A stretch of DNA of 64,000 nucleotides from the NCBI RefSeq assembly GCF_030144855.1, contig NC_082723.1:27528001-27592000 (forward strand), given 5' to 3'. The stretch is from Hypanus sabinus. Taxonomy: Eukaryota. Positions 61,701 to 64,000 of the stretch are shown in pieces (position 1 is the stretch's first letter; each line of letters begins with the position of its first letter). A program made the translations under genes and the position numbers. The notes beneath the pieces were generated by a model. The model did no database searches and was not told the DNA's origin. It worked only from the letters and a program-made list of their open reading frames with translations.

Positions 61701-61900
61701 CCACAGGTAGCTGTGGAGACCATCTTAATGTATATTTAAAGCAGAGATTGATAGATTCTTGATTGGTCACAGCGTGAAGGGAAATGGGGAGAAGGTTGGA
61801 GATTGGGGCTGAGAGGAAAACTGGGTCAGCCATGATGAAATGTTGGAACAGACTCAATGGGCCAAATGGCCCAATTCCACTTCTATATCTTATGGTCTTA
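58735..61900 (+). mobile_element. Long decayed CR1 LINE (ORF1 esterase end, endonuclease, RT, 3' UTR)
   Basis: WDLYRRDALHLNWRG (esterase DGLHL-like), VIGEFN, PLGKSDHNMIEF, LTNLLEFFEEIT..DVVYLDF, SGVPKGSVL; many stops and frameshifts. Confidence 0.92.
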
Positions 61901-62435
61901 TAAGACATATAGTCAAAGGAGAATTAAGCCAATTGGCCCTCCAACTCTGTTCCACAATTCAATCATGGCTGATTTATTATCCCTCTCAACTCCATTCTCC
62001 TGCCTTCTCCCCATATCATTGACACCCTGATTGTTCAAGAATCTATTACCCTCCGTTTTAAATATATCAGTTGTCTGTGTGGGGCAATGAATTCCACAGA
62101 ATCACCACCTTCTAGCTAAAGAAATTCCTCCTCATCTCTGTTCTGACGGGGCATCCCTCTGTCCTGAGTCTTTGCCCTCTGGACTGACTCGCCCACTCTT
62201 GGAAACATCCTCTCCACATCTATGTGCTGGACGTTTTAATGTTGGAGAGATTTCAATGAGATCTCCCCGCATTTTTCTAAACTTCAGGGAGCACAATCCC
62301 GGAGCCATCAAATGCGCCTGGTATGTTAACCCTTTCATTCCTGGAATCATTCTCGTGAACCTCCTCCAGTCCTCTCCGATGCCAGGGCCCCAAACTACTC
62401 CAATACTCGTCGTGCGGTCCGACCAATGCCTTATC
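61897..62435 (-). mobile_element. CR1 3' end, tail-to-tail with the preceding CR1
   Basis: MIPGMKGLTY..KMRGDLIE motif on the minus strand. Confidence 0.85.
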
Positions 62436-62831
62436 TATTCCAGTTATACTAATCCGTAATGCGATTGAAGTGCTTCTTTCCTCTCTCACTCTGTCTAGTC
62501 AGTGGAAAACCCTCTCTTGCTAATGAAACACCACTCGGTAATTGTTGATATTATCCACTGTTTCCAACGTTCATGAAGACTGCTCGCGCAGGCCCGTCAC
62601 GCCTCTCATCTCCAAGATTTCGGTTTGCGCGGCAGCTGCAGTTGATGTAGCTGGGTGTTTATAATAAGGGATTATTTGATAATTGCTTTGGCCCCTTCAC
62701 CCCGGGACGTGTCTCCCGCTCATTAGCATGCCGGCCGGGGGCTGACAGCGGCTGCCAGCGCTCCGCAGACGAGAAGCGCCGCTGACAGAGGCAACTGAGT
62801 GGAGACGAGCTCATTCTGTAACCTTTCTGTA

Positions 62832-64000
62832 GCTCCGGTAACGGGACACTCCCCCACTACTCCATCAGAGAGCTCACTGCTCCGGTAACGGGACACTCCC
62901 CCACTACTCCATCAGAGAGCTCCGGTAACGGGACACTCCCCCACTACTCCATCAGAGAGCTCACCGCTCCGGTAACGGGACACTCCCCCACTACTCCATC
63001 AGAGAGCTCCGGTAACGGGACACTCCCCCACTACTCCATCAGAGAGCTCCGGTAACGGGACACTCCCCCACTACTCCATCAGAGAGCTCACCGCTCCGGT
63101 AACGGGACACTCCCCCACTACTCCATCAGAGAGCTCCGGTAACGGGACACTCCCCCACTACTCCATAGAGAGCTCACCGCTCCGGTAACGGGACACTCCC
63201 CCACTACTCCATCAGAGAGCTCCGGTAACGGGACACTCCCCCACTACTCCATCAGAGAGCTCACCGCTCCGGTAACGGGACACTCCCCCACTACTCCATC
63301 AGAGAGCTCCGGTAACGGGACACTCCCCCACTACTCCATAGAGAGCTCACCGCTCCGGTAACGGGACACTCCCCCACTACTCCATCAGAGAGCTCCGGTA
63401 ACGGGACACTCCCCCACTACTCCATAGAGAGCTCACCGCTCCGGTAACGGGACACTCCCCCACTACTCCATCAGAGAGCTCCGGTAACGGGACACTCCCC
63501 CACTACTCCATCAGAGAGCTCACCGCTCCGGTAACGGGACACTCCCCCACTACTCCATCAGAGAGCTCACCGCTCCGGTAACGGGACACTCCCCCACTAC
63601 TCCATCAGAGAGCTCACCGCTCCGGTAACGGGACACTCCCTCACTACTCCATAGAGAGCTCCGGTAACGGGACACTCCACCACTACTCCATCAGAGAGCT
63701 CACCGCTCCGGTAACGGGACACTCCCTCACTACTCCATAGAGAGCTCCGGTAACGGGACACTCCCCCACTACTCCATCAGAGAGCTCCGGTAACGGGACA
63801 CTCCCCCACTACTCCATCAGAGAGCTCACCGCTCCGGTAACGGGACACTCCCCCACTACTCCATCAGAGAGCTCCGGTAACGGGACACTCCCCCACTACT
63901 CCATCAGAGAGCTCACCGCTCCGGTAACGGGACACTCCCCCACTACTCCATCAGAGAGCTCACCGCTCCGGTAACGGGACACTCCCCCACTACTCCATCA
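62832..64000. repeat. Minisatellite, about 27 units of a 40-bp core with or without a 7-bp GCTCACC; continues past the window end
   Basis: Unit GCTCCGGTAACGGGACACTCCCCCACTACTCCATCAGAGA, near-identical copies, no unique spacers. Confidence 0.98.

Noticed and set aside
58735-61900. Active CR1 element
   Set aside because: Multiple stops, frameshifts and deletions; 5' end missing
62832-64000. CRISPR array
   Set aside because: Units are contiguous with no unique spacers, there are no cas genes, and the context is a vertebrate intron

Overview
Eukaryotic (vertebrate) genomic DNA. The repeat landscape (CR1 and Rex1/Babar LINEs, V-SINE/HE1-like SINEs, Penelope-like elements) points to a cartilaginous fish, possibly a ray; this is an inference. 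The window holds the 3' parts of two convergent genes. PSMB7 (proteasome subunit beta-2) contributes its last three coding exons on + (15729-15787, 37056-37207, 41946-42057). NEK6 kinase contributes its last two coding exons on - (52722-52609, 48174-48064). The rest is intron or intergenic DNA packed with nested transposon relics: CR1, Rex1, RTE and derivatives, a decayed IR/DR Tc1, non-autonomous Tc1, pogo/Tigger and hAT elements, a solo LTR and Penelope-like elements. Several repeat-free islands look like conserved enhancers, and a 40/47-bp minisatellite runs off the right end. Almost all listed ORFs are spurious or TE fragments. Most notable: (1) degenerate minimal hammerhead-ribozyme motifs in the Penelope terminal repeats; (2) short palindromic fold-back Penelope derivatives, one with a TSD that can be checked against an empty paralogous site in the same window; (3) a three-TIR Tc1 derivative; (4) an unexplained 178-bp hairpin. 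No evidence for CRISPR or other prokaryotic systems. TE boundaries without TSDs are approximate, and family names come from recalled motifs, not database searches.
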